The notes under the pieces were generated by a model. That model ran no database searches and was not told where the DNA came from. It worked only from the letters and a program-made list of their open reading frames with translations. The position numbers and the translations under genes were made by a program. A stretch of 63,024 bases of DNA, counting the filler, from Atractiella rhizophila (taxonomy: Eukaryota): NCBI GenBank assembly GCA_021432655.1. It is 14 parts of 13 records of this genome, joined end to end, with 100 filler letters (N's around TTAATTAATTAA, not from the genome) between each part and the next. Parts side by side here need not be neighbours in the genome. Positions count along the whole stretch, not along the records: positions 1 to 5,328 come from MU272382.1; positions 5,429 to 10,728 come from MU272383.1; 12 more parts are not named here. One strand, given 5' to 3'. How positions within the stretch are numbered: position 1 is the first letter of the stretch; the number at the start of each line of letters is the position of its first letter. Positions 1-10,828 of the stretch are shown piece by piece.

Positions 1-124
1 TTCGTAGTGTTCCTCCTCAGCATTCGCATCAGTTGCTCGCGTATAGAGTGGAGAGTATAAAACGCCTGCTTCACGGAAAGGAAGATCGTAACTGTCTATC
101 CTCCTCAATCCCTCCAACGTCCAG

Positions 125-853
125 ATGACGCGTCGTGCACCACAATCACAACACGGTTCCTTCACCTCGTTCCTCTCCGTCCACCCCAGCACCCAGTTCA
201 TTTGGTACAACTGGGTCTCTCCCTCCGGTTTGCTTTACTGTCGGACCTCATGGTTCAGCAGGCTCTTTTCCTCGTTCCATCGGGGAAGAGTTCAAAGTTT
301 CCGCCATCGCCCCACGTCCAGTGTGCGAGCAAATCTGATCCCTGTTTCGAGACTTCCCAATCACCGGTACCGATTACCTCTATCCACACTTTGTGTCTCT
401 CAGGATGGTACCATAGACCAGGAATGCAGAGGGAAAGCTGACGGAAGTGTGGTGCGATGTATTTAAAGGAGACAGATGCCGTTTGAATGGTGTGGCAGAA
501 GGGTACTTGAGAGATTTCTGGCCACCGCGAAAGAGAAGGAGATGATCTTCCAGTTGGGATTCGAAATCGAGTTTACTCCTATAATCCGTTTGCATATCGT
601 CCTGAAGTACTCTCCTATCTTCAAGAGATCTCGCGCAGTCTACTCGAAGCAGGAATTCAAGTGTACCAATTCCACAAGGAAGGTAGACAGGCTTTTTTCG
701 ACATCTCCACTGGCCTACGGCGCATATTCAATGTATTTATGCTCTCTATTTCTTGAGAGAATGTATCAAGCAATGGCCATGAAATATAGATGGATTGCAA
801 ACTTCTGTCCATACTCAAGCGTTGGATTGTCATCTTTCGATCGACGGACCTAA
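125..853 (+). pseudogene. Degenerate glutamine synthetase-like (FluG C-terminal type) gene
   Basis: GS-like motifs appear in order but in different frames: FIWYNWVSPSG, PFEWCGRRVLERFL..FQLGFEIEF, LQEISRSLLEAGIQVYQFHKE..FFDISTG (from 601), AMAMKYRWIANFCP. Spacing is shortened and the C-terminal half is not seen. Confidence 0.65.
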
Positions 854-1284
854 AAAAACAGTTTGCACTTGAATAGATTGGATAACGGCGATTTCTGACG
901 CCGAGAGAGCGAAGTACTAGATCACGAAGAAACTTCCTACAACGCTCACGCAATCGCTTGATGGAGGACAGCTTAGCTAAGCAGGAAAAGTGGATGTGAG
1001 GAGACGGTGCACAGGTATTCGAAGCTGAAGGGAGGAAGTCGCGCAATTGGAAGTGCTAGAAGGAGAAGAGAGGATAGCAAGGCTGGTCCATTGATATGCA
1101 TCGATACTGAAGGCCGAAGCGATATCTGATAGAAGGTTCATGCATCAATACATTGTATCATTCTTATGTAACGCATACTTGACATCCGTAGCATTCTCAC
1201 AGCAAGATAACACACAGACGGAAGCGTCCTTGGGGTATCCTTTGTTATATACACTCCCTAAATCGGCATCCCAACTCGGAGTCT

Positions 1285-2426
1285 TCAGACTTCCTCCTGT
1301 CCCATTCTTCCTCTGCTGTTCCTCATCCTCCTCAAACGACCAGTTGGAGCGTGCAGAGAGTGACCGTACAACTCGTCCTTTGAATCATCCGAAGGCGGCA
1401 GAGGCGTCCAAATATTCCCTAGACCTTTTGGCGCAGCATTGACGTATATCGCTTCTGAACCTTTCTCTTTTATCTGTAGCAGACTTATCAGGGAAGAGCC
1501 TGTGCGCGCCAAAGCTACGCACTGTAAACATCTCATGCCATATCTCAATCTCGCGATTCTGTTCTGCATTCTCGTAGTATACCTTCTCGGCTAGAGTGTG
1601 TATTTTGCTATACGACATAAGTCAGAAACTTTTCAGTAGCGAAGGAGTTGGATATGCACCCTTTTATGAAGGCATAGACCTTCTCAGGACTTTCAAAGTA
1701 GAACATTGTCATGATCGTGTTGCTCGTGTTGCGCTCCAGTGAAAGCCAAGATTCGTGACTGTCATTTGCACTGCGCTTTAGCAGCGGCAAGGAAGTCAAG
1801 GATAAGACGTACTTCCAGCATCCAAGGCTAGGGTCGTTATCCAGCTCCTCAATCATCTGAAGAACATCAGGCGAATTGCTTCTCAGACCTGTAAAAGAAG
1901 CTTACCGCTCTGAATTGTTCACCAATGAGTTTGAATCGACGATCGAAACTGCCCATCGGACCGTTTGAACGAGCTCCTAAGAGGATCACACAGTATTCTG
2001 GAGGCACTCGAGCTCCATCTTCTCTCCACTCCGAGCCAGGCACGACGGCAACAGCGGGGTCTGCCACCACTCGCCTACACGTGGTAAAATCAGAATGAAA
2101 GCACGCGGAGGAAAGACAGCGCACCTCATATATTTGTTTTCCATCCAACCGTAACTGACGAGAATAACAACCGCGAGAGGCTTGAAAAGGAGGTAACATG
2201 GGACTAGAGAGGCTAAGACGAGAGTTGGGATAGCCATTCCGAAGACAGAGATGAAGGGAATGTATCTGGAAAGAAGTGTAAGAGCGACTTGGAGCAATCC
2301 GCCAATACCGATCCAAGTGGATAGCGGTAGACCATCCCTCAAGAACACGAGAACAGAGAAACGATTTGGCTTTGGCTTCTTCGCCCTGGGAGGAAGGATA
2401 GCGTCCTGATCTAGCTTGCGAGTCAT
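1285..2426 (-). CDS. DUF4188 / Af470-like monooxygenase (multi-exon)
   Basis: N-terminal hydrophobic segments, then YCVILLGARSNGPMG..FKLIGEQF, MIEELD, SNTIMTMFYFESPE, IEIWHEMF, EAIYVNAAPKGLG and a terminal RGRMG, separated by short introns. Confidence 0.75.
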
Positions 2427-3915
2427 AACTGATGTAGTATATAGCACGAGGAGACGATCTTTGTGTGGCGCGCATGGTGCTTTTATAGCGTTCAACGTTC
2501 GCACGTCGGCAGCGTCAACAATACATCAATCGCCTCTGAGAAGAACGATTTCCTCAATCGGAGAGGAGATCCCGTCTGCCGACGCGCGAACAGACGACTG
2601 CACTGATTCCGCCTGTCAAGGCAAGTGATTCAATTCTCCGAGACCCACTTTTTGAGCATTTGAGGAACAAAGTGAGCAGAGGTCCAGCTACAACTACGGG
2701 AGTGGCAAAACGGACTGTGCTAGAAATGCTTAGGCCGAAGGCAGCGAGGGGAGGAAGACGACTCCTTCCATGTATCAACGCAGTCTTCCGTGCGATAATC
2801 AGCCGTCAATGATTCCCTGACTGCCAAAAAGAACGGAGCGTGGATTAATACGCTGTGATTTGGTTGGGATCTTGCTTTTCGCAGGCTTCAATATCCAAGA
2901 CAATATCTAGACTGCATTACTGCACCGAGAAATGGCGGTTTCTGTATGAACAATCAACATGCTTATAGATATCACCAGTCAGCTGTAGTAGCTGGCGGCT
3001 CGAATAGGAAGAATGACGGGGAATCGAAACATTTCCCCCTGAAAAACGACATCCACCAGTATTGTGTCTTAAAGTTAGCTGTCAAATTAACGCCCTTCCT
3101 TTGACATTGCAGAACCTGGAATAATAAATCCTGTAATGAATGAGAACCTTCAGTTCAGAAAACAGCTGGGTATGGTGTGGGCCAGCTCTGTCCACCTGGA
3201 ATCTGCTGTTGTTTGAGAATAGTCTGTTGTGCTGAGCTTGTTGCTCTTGCGCAAGCATTTGATTTCGAAGAGCATATCTGCTCTTCAGAAAACCGCAGCG
3301 GGAAATTAAGCAACGAGCTAACACCCCATGTGGCTTTCTACAAGTATGGCTGAATAAAGGAAGAGGGCAGACCGCGTTTCGCCACCATCCGCCAACTCGC
3401 GCGGGGGACAGTGGCTTTCCTGCACCCAGCCTCTGCAACAACCTGCTCTCCATAATGCAAGCTGTCGGGGAATATCCTCCAAATCGATCCATCATGATTG
3501 TGGCCGTGCGCGTTGAACTCCTCGCACCTTCTCGCGGTGTTGTTTCGGGACAAAAAAAGAGCAGCCTCGCCTTGAGCTGAGACGTCACACTTTCACATCT
3601 CGATCCCAACTCATCCAGCAGCGCTCAGCAGCATGATCTAGAGCACGCCGTGATTCACTCTGCGGTCGGTCGAACGTCAGGAAACCCAGGAAACAAGCGC
3701 GCATTCACCGAAAGATGCTTGTTCCCGCATGGCTTGCACGCAAGAAATGACATGTGCGGGGTAGAAATTATTCATGATGAAGATCCGCCTGCTTCTGCTT
3801 CCGACCCACATCTAATAAAAGGCTTGAGCGTCGGTGATGGCCCTTTCCTTGCCTTCGTCCTGCTCTTGTCGTTGGGTTTCTGCTGGAACACGCGACAGTC
3901 AAGACTTTCGACAGA

Positions 3916-5328
3916 ATGCGACGTATCCTGCTTCTTTCCCTAGTCGTTGGGTCGCTAGCCAGCGCTCTCCCTCCATTCGACGTGCTTGGCGTGCAAAAGG
4001 ACTTCGCGCCTTCAGCAACCGCCAATCCTTCTGGTGTCCTCTCCTCTCTAGCACCCGCTGCGTCCTACTCCCCGTCTATCGCTCTCCCTTCGACGACGGC
4101 CTCTGCAAGCGCGATTATTCCATATCCTCGCAAGCCAATCCCAAAGAAGCAGCCGACTTGTAAGAGCGAGATATTCTGCCCTGGATCGCCAATTCTTCAT
4201 GCTGTTCAGCTCGCGCAAGTGTTGGTGGACTCAAAGACATTTGTGGATAAGGTGGGCTTCTGCTCCTCACTTTAAGGCAGTGGGAAGGCTGAGCTTTGTT
4301 GTCGGGTGGAATAGCCGACGAAGGGAAGCTCACAGCAGGTCCTGAACAACTGGAAAGCTCTTGTTGGAGAGGACTCTGGCGTTGGAAGTGATGGAACGTT
4401 GAATATCAGCATCACATATGCACAGCTTGAGCAATTCATCGACGACAACTTCCAGGGAGAAGGTATGTCAACACTCCCATGTTTACTATTCACCACATCT
4501 GCTGAGTGTTCACTGTTGGACAGGTCTGGACCTTCAAAGCACGACCATTCCTGATTTCAACCCTAACCCATCCTTCCTCATCCACGTCAAGGACAAATTC
4601 CTTCGCGGCTGGGGTCAGATCGTCCATGGAATCTGGAGGGATCTAGCGCGGGAGAACATTCAGAATACCAATGGAGGTTTCGAGACGACGAGCATTCCGC
4701 TCAACCGGAGCTTCATCATTGCTGGTGGACGTTTCAGAGAGGCTTATTACTGGTTCGTTTTAACGCACTTAAACCTGGTTGGCAGCCGACTGACAGAGGA
4801 ACGTAGGGATTCGAGGTGGATTTTAGAGGGATTGTTGACTTCTGAGATTTACAGCATGTCCAAAAACATGATTGAGAACTTCTTGTTTGTCTTTCATTTC
4901 ACGTCGATTGGATCGTTCTCACTCGGTTAACAGAGATGTGATGGACCAAGTCGGATTCCTGCCCAACGGGATGCGAATCTACTACTTGAACCGTTCTCAA
5001 CCTCCTCTGATGACGCAGATGGTCTACAACTATATTCAGCATACGAACGACGTTGACATCTTGAAGAGAGCCCTTCCGATCCTAGAGAAGGAGATGGCGT
5101 TCTTCCAGAACAATAGGACGATCACCTACACGAACCCGAAGTCTGGACAGGTGCACAATATCTCCCACTACAAGGTCGCCAGCACTGGTTCGTCCTTACA
5201 GCCTTCTCACCTCATTCGAGTTCACTAATCCACGGATAACAGCTCCGAGACCTGAAGGATACCTTCCTGATTGGCTCACAATCTGGGGAGACGATGTGAA
5301 GAACCCTACGTTTGACCTGTCGGAGGAA
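3916..5328 (+). CDS. Secreted GH37 alpha,alpha-trehalase, 3' truncated by contig end
   Basis: Signal peptide MRRILLLSLVVGSLASA; motifs IFCPG, DSKTFVDK|P, GGRFREAYYW|DS, GFLPNGMRIYYLNRSQPP, PRPEGY. Confidence 0.93.
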
Positions 5329-5428
5329 NNNNNNNNNNNNNNNNNNNNNNNNNNNNNNNNNNNNNNNNNNNNTTAATTAATTAANNNNNNNNNNNNNNNN
5401 NNNNNNNNNNNNNNNNNNNNNNNNNNNN
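5329..5428. other. Artificial contig spacer N44-TTAATTAATTAA-N44 (first of 13)
   Basis: Identical 100-nt spacers start at 5329, 10729, 16119, 21495, 22803, 28161, 33516, 38839, 44146, 49449, 54739, 60025 and 61397. The 12-mer has stops in all six frames. The long contigs shrink steadily from 5300 to 5186 nt, as in a size-sorted concatenation. Confidence 0.98.
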
Positions 5429-7626
5429 ATTGCTGGTAATGCCGCCAATGGGAAGACAGTGGGAACAATGGCTGACGCTCTGAAGGGCGTACCGAGAAAG
5501 AATAGTCAGGAGTGGAACGTTAACGCCAATTTCAAAGTCGTGACGCCAAAGCAAAAGAAGGGGAAGCGATGAAATGGGGAGAAGCAAGAGAGATCATCCA
5601 CATCGCTGTGGAGTTCTGAAATGAATAATGTTGTCCTCATGCATCACTGATCTGATCAAAACGTTGCCCTGTTGCAAACCCCTCGTTTTATTATTGAACT
5701 AGTCCGTTCTACATGATATTTGTCGATTTAAGTGGGAAGGAAGGATCATAACGCAAAAAATTCCTACTCTCATCGTAATTCTCCATGACAAGTTCAGTTT
5801 AGGAGTCAACGGTCGTCTTAGACTCTGAAAATGGAGACTATTAAGTCTATCAGACGACCTGTTCCCACTCCCACAGCTTCATCCGTTTCCCTGGAGCCTT
5901 CCTGAGAGCGATGATCATGCTGCTCCCCCCGAAGACCCTCGTTTGGCATTGGAGTTGCTCCATGTGATCCCCTCAGCGTTTATTGGAAAACTCAACAGGA
6001 TATGTCTCACCTGCACATTATTACAGAATTCTGCCGTGTCTCCACTCCGATTGTGCATCAGTCTCACCTACAGTACTTCGCTTTTCTCTGACTAAATTAT
6101 CAGCGTCAGCATGGCAGCTAAAATTCTCAAACCTCACAACCTCACGGAAATACAACGTCTGGGGCATTCCCAAGTTGAAAAGCAGCGATCGTTTTCTCCA
6201 TCCTTGATTTCGATGAATAAGAAATAAGATCCACGACGTTACTCTGAGGTTAACGCGAAGCTGGTGGTTAAGTGGTGGCCAAGAACGGCGAGAGGCGAGG
6301 CAAGATAGCAAAGGAGCGTGAATAGACACGGACAAGGACAATGACGAGCACGAGGAGAAGGGAGGTGTCCGACTTGTTCCCCATCTTCTTGTCCACTCTG
6401 CTCTCCTGTTTTGTTTTAAGGTATTCCTGTCGCGCCGCCTTGTCGATTTCTGATGGATCGGAGGGCATGGAAGGTGGAAGGCATTGGTGGACAGTGCAAC
6501 AGGTTATGAGAGGTTCGGTGAGAGGGTGGGACAGGACGGAGACAAGCCGGGAGAATGTGGGTTGTCCTCCGACAGCGTTACTGCCCTTGTTTATTTCTTT
6601 AACTCATTCTCGCACTCGTCTCTCGCTCGGAACGACCATGTTGTGAACGAGCCGCGAGGGTGCGTACGGTCACGCTAGGACAACGGGCAGAGGGTCAAGC
6701 AGGCGAGTTAAAGGCGAGAGAGCACTGTGACTGCCCAGCCAGCTGGATCTCTCCCTCAGTGTCCCTCAGCTCCAAACTCACTTACTGACCAACGGGACAC
6801 AGGAGGTGTCCTCTCGCCCTTGATTCCCCTTGCCAGCAGCGCTGTCCTTCCTTCCGTCTTGTCTCCGGGTCTGACTTCTTCTGTAACCCTTCCTACCATT
6901 ATAGCAGACCTATCGCCCAAGGAGTTGGAGTTGGTCAACGTTAACACTAGCCCAAAAGTGTAAAATAGTTTTGAATGAACTCGTTTCGTTGGTGGAACAA
7001 TATCTCGCGCGCTTTCTAGTCGATCGTGTGGCCGCCATCCAACTTGGTTTGCACCTCGCAATCTCATCATTCTTTAACCCTTCTTCCCTCTTCCTCATCC
7101 CCTTTGCACATCGTGATCTATGGATGTGCTCCGCAAATCGTCGCATCTTTTGCCTTCCTTTGCTTGGCTCTGGTCTGAAAGAGGTTCTTGACCTGCCTCT
7201 GGGCCGTAAATCTTCACGAATTGAAGCTCATAACCATCCCTAACCCACAAGTTTGGCCTCGTATGCTTGTCTTTGTCCTAATGAGTGCAACTAATAGGCA
7301 ACTTTTGATCTTTTAAAGGCACTAGAGTAATGCCAACAGCAATGTGTGATTGAAGAACGGAGATGTTGTGTAGAAACCAGCGATATGACTGAGCAGTCAC
7401 GCCACACAAACAACTAGAAGATGAGGAGCGGGTCCCTCTCACGTCGATACCATGCAGGTGCAATGTCAATACCGTACACATTCTTTGCTCTATCGATATA
7501 ATCGGGTGTCGAAGCGAGGTTAAGAGATTCTTGCGTCGAGCTGTTTCCGATCTGCAAAATGACTTTCTGTTCCGTCGCGAAGGAATAGTAGTAGAGCTCC
7601 ACGCAGTGGCTGCAGGAGGCTGAGGT

Positions 7627-7687
7627 CCAAGGAGCGAAGCCCCTGGCGGGCGGGGATGCCCGAGGGACGAGGGCACTGACACACTTG
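7627..7687 (+). mobile_element. Helitron-type 3' terminus (hairpins plus CTTG)
   Basis: Hairpin TGCCC-GAGGGACGA-GGGCA (7657-7675), then CTGACACACTTG|T. The same loop and tail recur at 18527-18558 beside a Helitron RepHel remnant. Confidence 0.65.
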
Positions 7688-8076
7688 TCTAAGTTATCTG
7701 ATGATCAAAAAAATGAATGATTGCATCCTGTTGGGTCGTTATGAAAGTCTCTGCAGATGTTATGTGCGGTGGGAACTCAGCGGAGCAGTAGCTATTGTTA
7801 GAGCGCATTTTGTTCTGGTACCTGCACAAACAAACGCATTGCGTTTGTCCCCGCCACACTGGAAACCTATAAAGAGCATCGTCAAGCTTTTGGTGAAAGA
7901 ATACTCATCACTGATCTCTAGTGAAGCTTCCTACTTCTCGACCTCGTAATTGAAAAATTACGAGGTCAAAGGGGACAGTCCTTTTCGACGGTTTGGGCTT
8001 GGTAGTATCCAGTCTATTTCCTACTTGCTGATCCAGGGTTCACGCCAAACAAGCGAGCGCTCGACTTTACCAAAGC

Positions 8077-8856
8077 ATGGATTTGGACGATGTCAACCCA
8101 TTCCGCGCTAAATCGCAGGAGGTTCTCACTCCATCAGCTTGTCCATCCACCGTCTCCTCCCACGCTCAAACTGTCAAAACCTTTAACGTGCCGGTGCATG
8201 TCAAAAATACGAACGAACAAGGACTCCGAATCCTCGGCATCGACAACGGTGGCATCTGTGCCTTCTCCACCCCTTACATGCTCGAAGGCATCATGCTCCA
8301 AGTTGGAGATCTCCTCCAAGTTCCAGAGGGAGAAGACGTCCGGCCGTGCGATGTTTTCGATCTCATCTGTGGCACTTCCACGGGCGGGTGGATCGCTCTC
8401 ATGCTCGGACGGCTGGGGATGACCGTTCGAGAATCAATCCGCGCCGACGAACAGATCGTGCAGCACCTCTTTTCCAAAGAAGCACCACTCTCGATAGAAG
8501 GCCATGCCTACTCTGCAGAGAGGCCCGAGATCATTGCGCGACAGATTCTATCGTTTGCATCGTCCTCCCAAATTCCTATCAAGGATGCGGCAATCGGAGA
8601 TAGATGTAGGACATTTAGCGCTCTCAGGCTCGGACGTTTGGGGATGACCTTTCCAGAATGCCTTAACGCGTATGAGGAGATCATACAGAAGGTCCTTTCT
8701 GAAGAGGCTCCGTTTCTGCAAAAACGGCATGTGAACACAGCGGAGATGTTCGAAGCCCTACCCCCCGATATCATTGCAAAACATACTCCGTCGTCTGGAC
8801 CGTCCCGTGCCCTTATCAATAATCCTGGCACCAGAGAGAAGGGGAGGGTTCGGTAA
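8077..8856 (+). CDS. Patatin-like phospholipase domain, partial and probably degenerate, with internal duplication
   Basis: LRILGIDNGGI (altered DGGGxR), RPCDVFDLICGTSTGG (GxSxG) and ALMLGRLGMT. The LGRLGMT segment repeats 75 codons later. No catalytic DGG motif was found. Confidence 0.8.
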   Translation: MDLDDVNPFRAKSQEVLTPSACPSTVSSHAQTVKTFNVPVHVKNTNEQGLRILGIDNGGICAFSTPYMLEGIMLQVGDLLQVPEGEDVRPCDVFDLICGTSTGGWIALMLGRLGMTVRESIRADEQIVQHLFSKEAPLSIEGHAYSAERPEIIARQILSFASSSQIPIKDAAIGDRCRTFSALRLGRLGMTFPECLNAYEEIIQKVLSEEAPFLQKRHVNTAEMFEALPPDIIAKHTPSSGPSRALINNPGTREKGRVR

Positions 8857-9545
8857 ATCACTCCCTGTGGAATGTTATCAGAACTAATCATGAAAACTGG
8901 CAGATCCTATCTCAGCCAAGATTCTAACCCAAGCTGACAATCCATCACATTGACCTACCTCCCTTCTGATTTCTCAAACTAAGTATCAACAACATAAAAC
9001 CCGCCAAAACTGGTGAAGAACTAAATATGGAAACTTTTCGGCTTCCCAGCCCCTCTTTAGATCCAATTGCCTTTCAGCTCTGCTGGCTTCACATTTTTGG
9101 TCCGTTAAACCCTTTCTATTCAAATGCCCTAAAGAAGATCTAGATGTGGAGCGATATAACAAAATAATCGACCAAATAGCCTCCTGCGACACATTGAATC
9201 CCGGTGATTATTGTCTTACCCGTCCATTCATTCACCCTAAATGACGAATTCTCACGGCAGAAACTGTTTGCTTCATCCTTTCTCAACTTCCTCAGCAGCT
9301 AGCCAGTTCCACCCCATCATGTGGCACCAACTTGAACTCTGTCCCTCCTGCCAGCTCTAACGAACTTACAAGCTGCGCTGACACGAGTGGGAACAACCTC
9401 ACGGCTTCGACTACTCATCAGGACCGACACGGTTCTGCTTCTTCCTTAGCGTCAGAAATATTCTCTCAAAGGAACGAAGAGGAACAAGGTAATCGTTCGC
9501 TACTCAGTAGGCCAACAGCTCCACAGTTCTGATTTCTGGTAAATA

Positions 9546-10316
9546 GTGATGACACTCGATTTACCCGACGAACTCTTCCTTTCAAACCCCGCTGAAGACC
9601 TTGCCGCGACAAACCCGTGCGACATATCAAGTGGTGACCCCGTTACCAACTTTTCAGACCCTCGTATTTCTCTAAATCCACTGGGACATGAAGAAAAAGA
9701 CGCAGTCAATCCGCCCTCAGAGTCTATGGACTACGATTCCACCGCGCTGGGAGGATCTACTTCTCTGCTTCGAAGCCTGGTCCCTCCCGACGTTTCTCCT
9801 GCTTCCTTAGTGCCAGAAATATTCTCTCACAAAATACGAGCTTTTCCAAACGAGCCAGGCTACATTCGCTTGCGGCAAGGGACTGACCTCTATGTTCAAA
9901 CTGATGGCGTTAAGGTAAAAGAAATCACACAGGATAAGTTCCAAGATCAGAATCCAACCCATATCTTCCTCCCAGCCCATCTCTATCCCACTGTTCTCTT
10001 TCGCGGTGATAAAGTCTTCCCGTGGTCCACAGGAAATCTACGGACCGCTTGGGTATACGGTATCGTCTTCGCCCATGAGGGAAGCTGTCGCTGTCAAAGG
10101 TTTATGTGGTTCCGAGATGAGCAGAAGAAGCATGAGGAAGAGGAAGAGAACAATGGCCCCCTCCTTTCCTCCCCTTTCCCGAAGAGTCCCGCAGAGATAA
10201 GGGAGCACACGAGGAGGTGCAAATTGGGAGAGATTCTGACAGGATTTCTGAGACTCTTGGAAGTTATCACTCGTCGGCATTCGTCTTCAGCTGCATCACA
10301 TCTATGTCCTCAATAG
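9546..10316 (+). CDS. Hypothetical protein, family not recognised
   Basis: 256-codon ORF with a low-complexity N-half and a globular-looking C-half. SLA/VxEIFS is repeated at about 9445 and 9805. Confidence 0.3.
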   Translation: MMTLDLPDELFLSNPAEDLAATNPCDISSGDPVTNFSDPRISLNPLGHEEKDAVNPPSESMDYDSTALGGSTSLLRSLVPPDVSPASLVPEIFSHKIRAFPNEPGYIRLRQGTDLYVQTDGVKVKEITQDKFQDQNPTHIFLPAHLYPTVLFRGDKVFPWSTGNLRTAWVYGIVFAHEGSCRCQRFMWFRDEQKKHEEEEENNGPLLSSPFPKSPAEIREHTRRCKLGEILTGFLRLLEVITRRHSSSAASHLCPQ

Positions 10317-10485
10317 GCAGTTGATTTTCCATTTAGTTCTTACTTCAGTATTGTTTGGAATTGGATTTCTGTGATATCGTTGTACTAGCTTTCTGTATGG
10401 CCTCCTTGTTGTTGAAATATGATTGGGCTTCGTCAAGAAAGGTGATTCACCTAACTCGTCCATGCTCTCTACTACTATTCCTTCA

Positions 10486-10645
10486 CGACGGAACTGTTCC
10501 GTCAGTCAAATTTGGCTGGGGAACGGAGTTAGGGTCAGGGCCAGGATGAGTCCCGTCAGCCTAGTTGCGAGGCTCTGACTGACGGAACTAACCTGACGGG
10601 ACGGAACGCACCGTTGAGTCCCGTCAGCTCTGACGCGACGGCCAA
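10486..10645. repeat. Cluster of GACGG/CCGTCAG motifs, possible DNA transposon (hAT-like) subterminal region
   Basis: Repeated (CT)GACGG and CCGTCAG in both orientations, TGAGTCCCGTCAGC twice, close to the contig end. Confidence 0.45.
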
Positions 10646-10828
10646 ATTGTCTTGCGAGGTGGGGATCAGCGCCAAAGCGAAGCTGAAACATGCGAGGTTC
10701 ATCGCGAGGGCGCCAAGTTCGCTACCAGNNNNNNNNNNNNNNNNNNNNNNNNNNNNNNNNNNNNNNNNNNNNTTAATTAATTAANNNNNNNNNNNNNNNN
10801 NNNNNNNNNNNNNNNNNNNNNNNNNNNN

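Noticed and set aside
3916..5328. Secreted GH37 trehalase as a novelty
   Set aside because: Signal-peptide GH37 trehalases are already known in filamentous fungi.
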